Shown here: positions 1-7,494 of the stretch, in pieces
Position numbering within the stretch: the first letter of the stretch is position 1
Layout of the letters: every line of letters begins with the position of its first letter
Source of the DNA: an uncultured Gemmatimonadota bacterium
Lineage (GTDB): Bacteria > SM23-81 > DAOVCL01
Direction: 5' to 3'
Assembly (NCBI GenBank): GCA_964626665.1
Contig: CAZVGK010000001.1
Span: 128,001-192,000 of the forward strand
Length of the DNA stretch: 64,000 nucleotides
The notes under the pieces: model-generated
The model's input: only the letters and a program-made list of their open reading frames with translations
What the model was told of the DNA's origin: nothing
Databases searched by the model: none
Position numbers and translations under genes: made by a program

Positions 1-431
1 CCGACGGGAATATCTTTCACCACTAAACCACTCTCTAAATCAACAACCGACACGGTATTAGCCAAGTAGTTGGTCACATAGGCCCTGTTAGATGCAACAA
101 CTGCCATAAACCAGGGATTGCTCCCCTCGGCCAGGCCGATCCGCCTCTCCACCTGTTCATCTTGGGGATCGATCACCATAATCTCCGGCGGCGTGGAATT
201 GAGCACGTAGATCCTCTCTCCGAAACCAACTACCTGATTGGGAATATCTCCCAGTTGGAGAAAATCATTGGTGATCTCAAGGGTTTGTAGGTTCATCTTG
301 GAAAGGGTTCTCCCCAACCCATTTAGGACATAAAGGATGCGGGAATTGTCACCCCCATAGAGAACGGAAGCCAAGATGAGCAGAAACAACATTTCGATCA
401 CCAATAGGATTTTTGCAGCTATGTTTCTCAT
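1..431 (-). CDS. YncE/YVTN-type beta-propeller secreted protein (BtuG-like), N-terminal part; runs off the window edge
   Basis: Manual translation from ATG at 431 (SD GGAGGAG upstream): MRNIAAKILLVIEMLFLLILASVLYGG...GDIPNQV...GSNPWFMAVVASNRAYVTNYLANTVSVVDL. Paralogous to 2735..4126; not in the ORF track because it is partial. Confidence 0.8.
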   Translation of the reverse strand, partial: MRNIAAKILLVIEMLFLLILASVLYGGDNSRILYVLNGLGRTLSKMNLQTLEITNDFLQLGDIPNQVVGFGERIYVLNSTPPEIMVIDPQDEQVERRIGLAEGSNPWFMAVVASNRAYVTNYLANTVSVVDLESGLVVKDIPV

Positions 432-486
432 GGTCTCCTCCTTTGGTTTGTTTTATTTACCGTTGAAGGTGAAAAATCATCAGTGG

Positions 487-2715
487 TTAATCCCATCTCA
501 GAGCCCTCTTTAGGGTTAACTCCATCCTCCACTCCTGGGGGGGGATAGGGGCTCGTTCCACCATCTCATATTTCACATTCCTTAGGTTGTATATCGAGCC
601 CCTGATCTGAATTTCTACCCCTTTGATCCTTGGCTTCACCCCAACCGTGAGATCGTCTACCCCATAGCCGGGCATCTCCACGGTGTTGGCCTCGGTGACA
701 AACCGCTTTCCGATTAGCCTCCGCTGGTATAGGAGCTGAAAGACCCTGTAGTTCAAATCCACTCCGATCCTGACACTCCTGCGAGGACGGTAAGGAAGGT
801 CCATGTTATGGGTGGTGCGCTCCCCGCTTTTGTTGATCGGCTTAAGGTGAGTCTCACTCCAGTGAAAACCAAAGGTCTCATCCAGACTTTGCCAGGCTAG
901 CTCGTATTCCTCCCCTGATATTTCGGCATCGGTATTAAAGGGGGAGAAGGTGGCAAAGGAGCCAAGTCGCCAGCTTATGAGATCGGTCACCTTGTTATAA
1001 AAGTGGGTGATCTCGCCCTGAAACTCACCCCAGCCATGCCAACTAACGTTCACTCCGACCTCGTAAGAGAGGGATCGTTCCGGTCTTAGATCCGGCTTGC
1101 CCTTGACCCGATACTCCTGGTAGAATAGATCGGCAAAGGTGGGAGGACGGAATGAACGGCTGAGATTGGCCTTAAGCCCAACCCTGTTCAGTTTGCCTCG
1201 CCAAAGAAGTAGGCCCAACTTGGGGCTCCACTGGCTCTCATATCTACTTATCCCCTGATTTTCAATGCGGTTCTGGTCATAGCGTAACGCTGAGGTCAAT
1301 AGCCCCTGCCTAAACCCTATGGGAAATGGGAACCTCAATTCATCATAGAGGTAAATTCCGTTGGTGTAATCCCTGGTCTTCCCAATCGGTTTATGAGAAG
1401 GTTGCATCAGATCTTCATCGGTATAGTGGGTCCAATTCCCCTCATAGCCAAATCGAAGGGTCCCTGATCCCTGCGGGAAAACCTGGGTGGTAAATCTTAG
1501 CTGGTAGTCGGTCAGCCAACTCTTAGAGTGGTATCGAGGGACAGTGCGATACCGCAGAGGGGCATCGGGGGGATAGATATGTCTGTATTCTGTGGTTGAC
1601 CTATGATAGCTCAGGTTTAAATCTGCTTGCATCCGCCGCCACCGGGTTCCCCAGTGGCCTCCCAAGATGTCCCGATCTGAGATTGCTCTGGCATAAGGGG
1701 TCAGGCTGAAAACCAATCCTGGGAGCCCCCGCTTTGAGCGGAGCCGATAGCCGTGTAGTTCAAATTCGAAACTCCCCCATCGGTAACTGAACTTACCAAA
1801 CCCACAGTTGGAGAAGAAATCTGCATTCATTCGCTCTTCCTTAACCTTAGTCCCATCCGATCGCTCGTAGGAGTAAGGGTAATCCCCCTCGCTTTTCTGC
1901 TGTTCAAATGAGACAAGATACCCCAGCCTCTTTAAACTGCCGGAGGAAGCCGGGGCCCAGCCAGATCTGCCGAATGCCCCGGTCCCCCCCTGGAGGGTTA
2001 TCTGGGATTGGGAGGGCTTCCTGGTCAGGATATTGATGACGCCACCGATGGCCCCGGCACTGAAACGGGCGGAGCTCCCCCCCTTGATGACCTCAATCTT
2101 TTCCACCATTCTCAAGGGGATATTAGCCAGATTCACCTGTCCGATCATAGCATCGTTAAGCTTGATGCCATCCAGCAGAACCAGCACCTGGTTTGGGCGA
2201 CTGCCGCGGATGGAAACCGTCTTCTCCCCATCCTTCTCCTGAATCTCCACCCCTGGAACCTGCTGGAGAATCTCCCCTAAGTTCTGAGCGTTGCTTTGTT
2301 CGATATCTTTGGCCGTGATGACCATCACCGAGGCTGGTTGCTCCTCTGGAATGCGGCTACCAGTGACAGTAATGCTGGGCAGTTTAATAACTTTGGGCTG
2401 AAGATTGAAATCAACCTCCACAGGACGATCCAGGCCTACCTTAACCCCGGACTTGGTCTGGCTTTCATACCCTATATAGCTGGCGGTTATGGTATATTCG
2501 CCCACGAAGAGGTCCTCGATCACCCACCGACCACATTCATCTGAGGAGGTCCCCAGGCCAGTGCCCTCCACCACGATATTGGCCCCATAAAGGGGTTTGT
2601 GGGTGGTGCGGTCCCGGACCCTTCCCGTTATCTTTACCACCGACTGGCACCAGCCTGAGGTAAAGATCAGAGAGATCAGAAGAGCTATCCCTGATAGGTG
2701 GATAAGCTGTTTCAT
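487..2715 (-). CDS. btuB: TonB-dependent receptor, probable corrinoid (BtuB-like) transporter with N-terminal carboxypeptidase-regulatory-like domain
   Basis: Signal peptide; ITGRVRD...PLYGANIVVEGT domain; plug motifs SIRGS..QVLVLLDG and IEVIKGGSSARF..GAIGGVINI; barrel motif SFRPPTFADLF...DLRPERS; downstream of a cobalamin riboswitch. Confidence 0.85.
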   Translation of the reverse strand: MKQLIHLSGIALLISLIFTSGWCQSVVKITGRVRDRTTHKPLYGANIVVEGTGLGTSSDECGRWVIEDLFVGEYTITASYIGYESQTKSGVKVGLDRPVEVDFNLQPKVIKLPSITVTGSRIPEEQPASVMVITAKDIEQSNAQNLGEILQQVPGVEIQEKDGEKTVSIRGSRPNQVLVLLDGIKLNDAMIGQVNLANIPLRMVEKIEVIKGGSSARFSAGAIGGVINILTRKPSQSQITLQGGTGAFGRSGWAPASSGSLKRLGYLVSFEQQKSEGDYPYSYERSDGTKVKEERMNADFFSNCGFGKFSYRWGSFEFELHGYRLRSKRGLPGLVFSLTPYARAISDRDILGGHWGTRWRRMQADLNLSYHRSTTEYRHIYPPDAPLRYRTVPRYHSKSWLTDYQLRFTTQVFPQGSGTLRFGYEGNWTHYTDEDLMQPSHKPIGKTRDYTNGIYLYDELRFPFPIGFRQGLLTSALRYDQNRIENQGISRYESQWSPKLGLLLWRGKLNRVGLKANLSRSFRPPTFADLFYQEYRVKGKPDLRPERSLSYEVGVNVSWHGWGEFQGEITHFYNKVTDLISWRLGSFATFSPFNTDAEISGEEYELAWQSLDETFGFHWSETHLKPINKSGERTTHNMDLPYRPRRSVRIGVDLNYRVFQLLYQRRLIGKRFVTEANTVEMPGYGVDDLTVGVKPRIKGVEIQIRGSIYNLRNVKYEMVERAPIPPQEWRMELTLKRALRWD

Positions 2716-2734
2716 CGGCGAGGTTTCGCGGCGA

Positions 2735-4126
2735 CTACCGCAGGAGGATCATTCTCCTTAGCTGGGTAAAATTTCCAGCTTCGAGGCGGCAGAAGTAGAT
2801 TTCGCTGGCAAAACCTGAGGCATTCCAGGAAACCCTCTTCTGCCCTGCTTTCTGGTATTCATCCACCAAAGTGGCCACCCGCTGACCCAGGAGATTATAA
2901 ATCTCCAAACTAACGTGGATCATGCTTGTAGCTCGTGAATCCCCGTTCGCCGACTGCCGACCGCTGACGGCCGATAACTGATAACGATCTACGATCAGCG
3001 AGTAACGAATAACGGTTGTTGCATTAAATGGGTTGGGATAATTTTGCAAAAGCGTAAAACCCCGGGGAACCACATCACCTTTTTGCTCTGCCACCCAAGT
3101 GGAGTCGCTGGAGGGACGGATAGCTATGTACCCAGGGCCATCGCCGACGGAGAAAGTTCGCACAATGACATCATTGGTGTCTATCTGAGAAACAGTATTG
3201 ACCAACCAGTTACAGGAGTAAGCATAGTTGTCCCTGTCCGTGCCAATTTCTAAAGCACCTTTTCCTACCAGAATGGGATTGTCCGGGCCGCGCAGCACCT
3301 GGTTGGTCTTGGTGTCAAAGGCATAGACAAAACCGTCGTCGCCAAACCAACCCCCGGCTGCCAGGTAGGCCTTGCCTCGAGGGGTAATGGCTATGGCCAT
3401 TGGTGCTCCCCCAATAGCGATGCTGTCTACAACCGAGTCGCTTACCGTATCGATCACCCATATCTTCCCCGGGATCAACCAGTAGTCTCCTGTGCAGACG
3501 ACATTGAGCTCACCGTCTTGGTCTAAGGCCAGATCCTGCGGATTAGTGCCCACATCGATAACCTTCGTCACCGAATCGGTAGCCGTTTCGATGACGGAGA
3601 CCGTCCCCTGTCCATAGGTTCCGGTCACAGTGTCCCACTCGGTGTTGGTGACATAGACCTTATCCCCTACCAAAGCTATCCCCTCTGGACCAATTCCAAC
3701 AGGTATTGTATCGATAACCTTTCGGGTGTTAACATTTACTACCGAAACCGAATCAATGTTGAAGTCGGTCACATAAGCAATACTGTCATTGAGAAAGGCC
3801 ATATGCCAAGGGTTGCTATAGGGATGGGTCATCTCGATGTATCCCTCAGTGCTGTCTGCATCCAGATTGACTATCTGGATGTTGTTCGATGTCCGATCCG
3901 AATTGACCACATACCCTTTGTTCCCCCTTATCACAATTTGATTGGGGGTCTTTCCCACGTCCACCACATCGTTGAAGATCTCGTTTGTCTCCAAATTGAT
4001 GCGAGACAAATCCTCCGATGATGTCGCCCCATTCACCACCCAGGCTGTCTTTGGATTCCCTGCCTGGGAGGTGGTTACGGCAACCCCAATGATCAAAACC
4101 AATGCGAGAAACAGACTCCTTTTCAT
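2735..4126 (-). CDS. YVTN/YncE beta-propeller (BtuG-like) with T9SS type A-like C-terminal sorting domain
   Basis: Signal peptide; repeated blades AYVT....VSVV / IPVG.GPEGIA / VG.NPQDLA; C-terminus LLQNYPNPFN...IYNLLGQRVATLVD...RRMILLR. Confidence 0.85.
   Translation of the reverse strand: MKRSLFLALVLIIGVAVTTSQAGNPKTAWVVNGATSSEDLSRINLETNEIFNDVVDVGKTPNQIVIRGNKGYVVNSDRTSNNIQIVNLDADSTEGYIEMTHPYSNPWHMAFLNDSIAYVTDFNIDSVSVVNVNTRKVIDTIPVGIGPEGIALVGDKVYVTNTEWDTVTGTYGQGTVSVIETATDSVTKVIDVGTNPQDLALDQDGELNVVCTGDYWLIPGKIWVIDTVSDSVVDSIAIGGAPMAIAITPRGKAYLAAGGWFGDDGFVYAFDTKTNQVLRGPDNPILVGKGALEIGTDRDNYAYSCNWLVNTVSQIDTNDVIVRTFSVGDGPGYIAIRPSSDSTWVAEQKGDVVPRGFTLLQNYPNPFNATTVIRYSLIVDRYQLSAVSGRQSANGDSRATSMIHVSLEIYNLLGQRVATLVDEYQKAGQKRVSWNASGFASEIYFCRLEAGNFTQLRRMILLR
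2943..2998. repeat. Degenerate heptamer tandem repeat (8 units) inside CTD coding sequence
   Basis: ccgttcg ccgactg ccgaccg ctgacgg ccgataa ctgataa cgatcta cgatcag; encodes LIVDRYQLSAVSGRQSANG. Confidence 0.7.
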
Positions 4127-4265
4127 AATTTTACTCCCTTCCAGTTTGAGGTTAAAGGGCTTCGTATTGGGCTACGAAGCCAGAACATTGGCTTTCAAAT
4201 ATGCATAGCGTCACCTCCATGCTTTGAGATTTGTTGCTTTAGTTTTGGCGGGCGGTCTCTTTTTT

Positions 4266-5222
4266 TCATCTAATCAGCACAAGTCTCCTTATCCTTTCGG
4301 CTTTCAGCTTTCGGCTTTCAGCTTTCAACCTGCAGATATATACCCCGCTGGCCAACTCTCCCCCCAGGTTGTCTCTTCCATCCCAGATTACGGTATGATC
4401 TCCGGGCGACTGTGGCTCATCCACCAGGGTTCTCACCTCTTGGCCTAAAATGTTGTAGATTATCAGGGTGGTGTGGAGCGGCCTGATCGCCGATAGCTGA
4501 TAGCTGACAACTGTATTTGAGTTAAATGGATTGGGATAATTCTGGGCCAGGAGAAAGGAGCTTGGCAGGATTTGGTCATTAACTTCCCTGCACCCACTCG
4601 ATGAGTGGATGGCTACAACGGCATCCAGATCAAAGGAGGGGCCTGAATCCTGAACCAGGCTATCCGCATCGGTAATCCTCACAAAACGGGCAAAGGCCAA
4701 ACCCACCTCTGCCAAGTCAAAGGAGTCTCCTCCTGAGCCAGTGGGATCAGTGGGATCTGCAGCTCCATTGGTGGGAGTCACCCCGGCCAGCCCAGCGAAA
4801 GTTTCAGGATCATAGGGAAACTCAACGAATTTAATCCCATCCTGGCCAACTGCCACTATTCCCGTCTCGGCATAGGACTTGGTGGTATCTCCTCCGATAT
4901 AGAAGGGGTTTTCGAAGACGGTGAAATCGGGGCCTTCTTTGTCCACTATGATGTTGTCTACAAATTCCAAGATGATGCTCCCACCTGTTCCCAGGGACAA
5001 AAGCTCCCTTGGGCTACAACTGGGGCTGGTGGGAGTAGCCATTGAATCCGGTGGCCCAAGCACATTATCGGGGAAATATGGTTCTCCAAAACCAGCTCCT
5101 GGCCCGGGAGAAAAAGCAACCACGGAATCGGCCCAAGGGTCACCAAGATCCTGCGCCAAACTGTCCGGAAGGGGGTAAGATATCGCCAACAGGATAAGCA
5201 TCCCGATTAAGGTCTTCTCCAT
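4266..5222 (-). CDS. Secreted cell-surface protein (BtuH-like/LIC_13355-like domain) with FlgD-Ig/T9SS C-terminal domain
   Basis: Signal peptide; motifs ADSVVAFSPG, LSLGTGGSIILEF, GPDFTVFENPF, GGDSFDL...FVRITD recalled from B12-locus surface proteins; C-terminal QNYPNPFN...WDGRD..G..LASGVY; first gene after the riboswitch. Confidence 0.65.
   Translation of the reverse strand: MEKTLIGMLILLAISYPLPDSLAQDLGDPWADSVVAFSPGPGAGFGEPYFPDNVLGPPDSMATPTSPSCSPRELLSLGTGGSIILEFVDNIIVDKEGPDFTVFENPFYIGGDTTKSYAETGIVAVGQDGIKFVEFPYDPETFAGLAGVTPTNGAADPTDPTGSGGDSFDLAEVGLAFARFVRITDADSLVQDSGPSFDLDAVVAIHSSSGCREVNDQILPSSFLLAQNYPNPFNSNTVVSYQLSAIRPLHTTLIIYNILGQEVRTLVDEPQSPGDHTVIWDGRDNLGGELASGVYICRLKAESRKLKAERIRRLVLIR
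4294..4328. repeat. Heptamer tandem repeat ctttc(a/g)(g/a) x5 inside CTD coding sequence
   Basis: ctttcgg ctttcag ctttcgg ctttcag ctttcaa; encodes LKAESRKLKAER. Confidence 0.8.
4483..4510. repeat. Degenerate heptamer tandem repeat x4 inside CTD coding sequence
   Basis: ctgatcg ccgatag ctgatag ctgacaa; encodes VSYQLSAIR. Confidence 0.65.
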
Positions 5223-5279
5223 TCCTATTATCTGCCTCCTCTGACAAACATTGTTTTAGATAAAAAAAGACTGTAAAAA

Positions 5280-5705
5280 TTCACCACAGATAACCACGGA
5301 ATAGCACAGAAAAGGATTTATTACTCCGGCCACATTATAGTTTGCACCTTGCTATTTCATTGGTCATTGCGAGGAGCACTTCGCTATTGCTCAGCACAGG
5401 TTCCGCGACGAAGCAATCCCTTAGCCCCAACAGGTATTCGGTGTTTGGAGATTGCTTTGCTTTGCTCGCCCCGTTAGACAATTTCTACCAATCTCGGAGT
5501 TCAGCGAAACGTCATTAGATATCTAACGGGGCTCGCAATGACATGTATCTACTTTACGCTCCCAGTAGTAAATAGGTAAGGTGCTTACCCGATGATAAAA
5601 GTCATCTGTGTATTTTTGTGAGATTCCGTGGTGATCTGTCACATTCAAGAAATATCTGGGTTTATTCTGATCCCATCTGTGTCTATCCGTGTTCACCCGT
5701 GGTTG
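5280..5705. repeat. Nested palindromic repeat cluster (REP/MITE-like) in the riboswitch leader
   Basis: Outer inverted ttcaccacagataaccacgg-type arms (about 5280-5313 and 5607-5705); gtcattgcgag...ctcgcaatgac element (5363-5542); inner cccgttaga...tctaacggg element (5470-5530). Confidence 0.75.
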
Positions 5706-5720
5706 GCTATTATTTGCAAT

Positions 5721-5759
5721 AAAAAATCCCAACCTTCTTGGGAAGAAAGTCGGGATTTT
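5721..5759 (-). terminator. Intrinsic terminator, probable riboswitch expression platform
   Basis: Minus-strand AAAAUCCCGACUUUCUU-CCC-AAGAAGGUUGGGAUUUU-UU; G-U pairs favour the minus strand; about 55 nt downstream of the aptamer. Confidence 0.75.
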
Positions 5760-5814
5760 ACCCTCAAAATGATACTCCAAACCTCACCCTCGAAGGCTTC
5801 TGGAATTTTAGACG

Positions 5815-6018
5815 AACCCGGCAGGTTTCCTGACTTAGGGCTTCAAACCTACTAACCAAACCTTCCCATTCTGACTTAGGTCAAAACAGTGGTTGTCTTA
5901 AGTCATCAGGCCGAATGGTCTGAATGACTTGGCTGGCTTTCGTAGCCCATCACAGTAGCGGGGCTGTGACGGATTCTCACCGTCTTCCCTTTTACCCTGA
6001 CAAGGCACCGGGAACGCA
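5815..6018 (-). promoter_or_regulatory. Cobalamin (AdoCbl) riboswitch
   Basis: Minus strand reads GGTGCC...AAAAGGGAAGACGGTGAGAATCCGTCACAGCCCCGCTACTGTGA...CCACTG...GGGAAGG...AAGTCAGGAAACCTGCC (B12 box). Confidence 0.93.
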
Positions 6019-6040
6019 AAATTTATCAAAGAACAAACTC

Positions 6041-6068
6041 AGTATAGTAGACTCTCAGCAGAAGTCAA
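6041..6068 (-). promoter_or_regulatory. Sigma70-type promoter of the B12 operon
   Basis: TTGACT-N16-TATACT on the minus strand, with an upstream A-tract, about 20 nt before the riboswitch. Confidence 0.6.
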
Positions 6069-6165
6069 GAATTTTTTTTTGGGCCAAAAGTTCACCTCAA
6101 GAACTTAGCCCGAATTATTCATAAACTATGACAAATCCGTTGTTCAGAGGTTTTCTCATCATCCC

Positions 6166-6277
6166 GTAGGGACAAACCGGAACTTGTCCCGACCGCCGCA
6201 GGTTGTCGGGAGATCTGTCCGTACGACATGAAACCTTTGATTTAACCCAAATACAGACATAAATATCTGTCCCCACG
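6166..6277. repeat. GTAG-type REP-like palindrome with nested hairpin
   Basis: gtagggaca...tgtccgtac arms enclosing a tcccgac...gtcggga hairpin; a second degenerate acagacataaatatctgt hairpin follows. Confidence 0.5.
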
Positions 6278-6509
6278 GAATTGTCCATAAAATTCCCAAT
6301 CCCAATAAATTGTGCGAACCTGATGGTAGTTTTATGGATGGATCGGGTTAAGGTTCTAGGGGTTGAATTCACCCCAGGCCTGAAAATTTAGTCTCTTTGG
6401 GAAGGAATTTTTTTCCCATTACCCATCCTTTTGGAGTGAAAGGAAGAAAGAGTGGTCTTTTAACTCCCAAAAATTCAAGGGAATAGAAAAAAACCATGGG
6501 AGATGGATC

Positions 6510-6526
6510 TTGGTATGGTTTTTGTA
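6510..6526 (+). promoter_or_regulatory. Putative sigma54 (-24/-12) promoter of the flagellar operon
   Basis: TTGGTATG-GTTT-TTGTA versus consensus YTGGCACG-N4-TTGCW; spacing is correct but -12 is GT rather than GC. Confidence 0.4.
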
Positions 6527-6559
6527 TAGAGTTCCATCGATGAAAGCTAAGGAGAAGAT

Positions 6560-7072
6560 ATGCCTATAGAAGGATTATTTACCAGCATGGAGATAAGTAG
6601 CTCTGGGCTTTTAGCCCAGAGGTTGAGGATGAATGCCATCGCCTCAAACATCGCCAATGTGAACACAACCAAGACCCCAGATGGCCATCCCTATAGAAGG
6701 CAATGGGTGGCCCTGACCTCCAGTGGCCAGGGGCCCTCCCTCCCCGCAGAATCCTATCCACCCCTTTCTAATCAGCTTCCCCTTGTCTCCACCGATCGGG
6801 CCCATCTGCCCCGGGGAGAGTTTCCCCCCTTACAGGGGGGGGGAATGGGAGTTGAGGTTAAGGGGGTTGTGCAGGAGGAGGGGGGGTTCAAACACATTTA
6901 TGATCCGCAAAATCCAGAGGCAGATGAGGAGGGATGGGTGACTATGCCCAACATAGACCTGGTTACCGAAATGGTGGATATGATCACGGCCAGAAGGGCC
7001 TATGAGGCCAATGTCACCGCATTCAACGCTGCGAAGCATATGGCCTTAAAGTCAATGGAGATTGTAAGATAA
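6560..7072 (+). CDS. flgC: Flagellar basal-body rod protein FlgC
   Basis: ISSSGLLAQRLRMNAIASNIANVNTT...PYRRQ...YDP.NPEADEEGWVTMPNIDLVTEMVDMITARRAYEAN; SD AAGGAG. Confidence 0.97.
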   Translation: MPIEGLFTSMEISSSGLLAQRLRMNAIASNIANVNTTKTPDGHPYRRQWVALTSSGQGPSLPAESYPPLSNQLPLVSTDRAHLPRGEFPPLQGGGMGVEVKGVVQEEGGFKHIYDPQNPEADEEGWVTMPNIDLVTEMVDMITARRAYEANVTAFNAAKHMALKSMEIVR

Positions 7073-7075
7073 AAA

Positions 7076-7366
7076 ATGGATGGTATATCAAAGCTATCGT
7101 CTCTCTCTGGACTTTTCAAAACACCTCAGGGGCCAACCACTGATAAGGAGTCCTTTAAAAAGACGCTCCTTGGCTACATAGACCAAGTCAATGAATTACA
7201 GAATCGAGCCGACAGATCCATCGAGAAACTCATCTCCGGGGAGACCAAGGACATCCATCAGGTGATGATTGCTGCTGAGGAGGCCTCCATAAGCTTTCAA
7301 CTGATGATGGAGCTGCGCAACAAGATCTTGGATGCCTACCACGAGGTGATGAGGATTCAGGTTTAG
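7076..7366 (+). CDS. fliE: Flagellar hook-basal body protein FliE
   Basis: DIHQVMIAAEEASISFQLMMELRNKILDAYHEVMRIQV. Confidence 0.97.
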   Translation: MDGISKLSSLSGLFKTPQGPTTDKESFKKTLLGYIDQVNELQNRADRSIEKLISGETKDIHQVMIAAEEASISFQLMMELRNKILDAYHEVMRIQV

Positions 7367-7494
7367 CGAAGCTTCGAATGTAGAATGGAGAATTAAGAAT
7401 GAAAGAAACATGTAACCATGGACAATCGGGGCCTCAGCCCAATTGCTTTTGTTTCCAATCTTGCCTTATAAAGGGGTTTAATCGGGAGTAGTTA

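Noticed and set aside
487-520. TonB receptor ends LKRALRWD rather than in a terminal aromatic residue
   Set aside because: Short tails beyond the last barrel strand occur; no evidence of a frameshift.
5523-6372. Short ORFs 5523..5780, 5628..5855, 5924..6124 and 6115..6372
   Set aside because: They overlap the riboswitch, terminator and palindromic repeats; translations are repeat-derived and none resembles FlgB.
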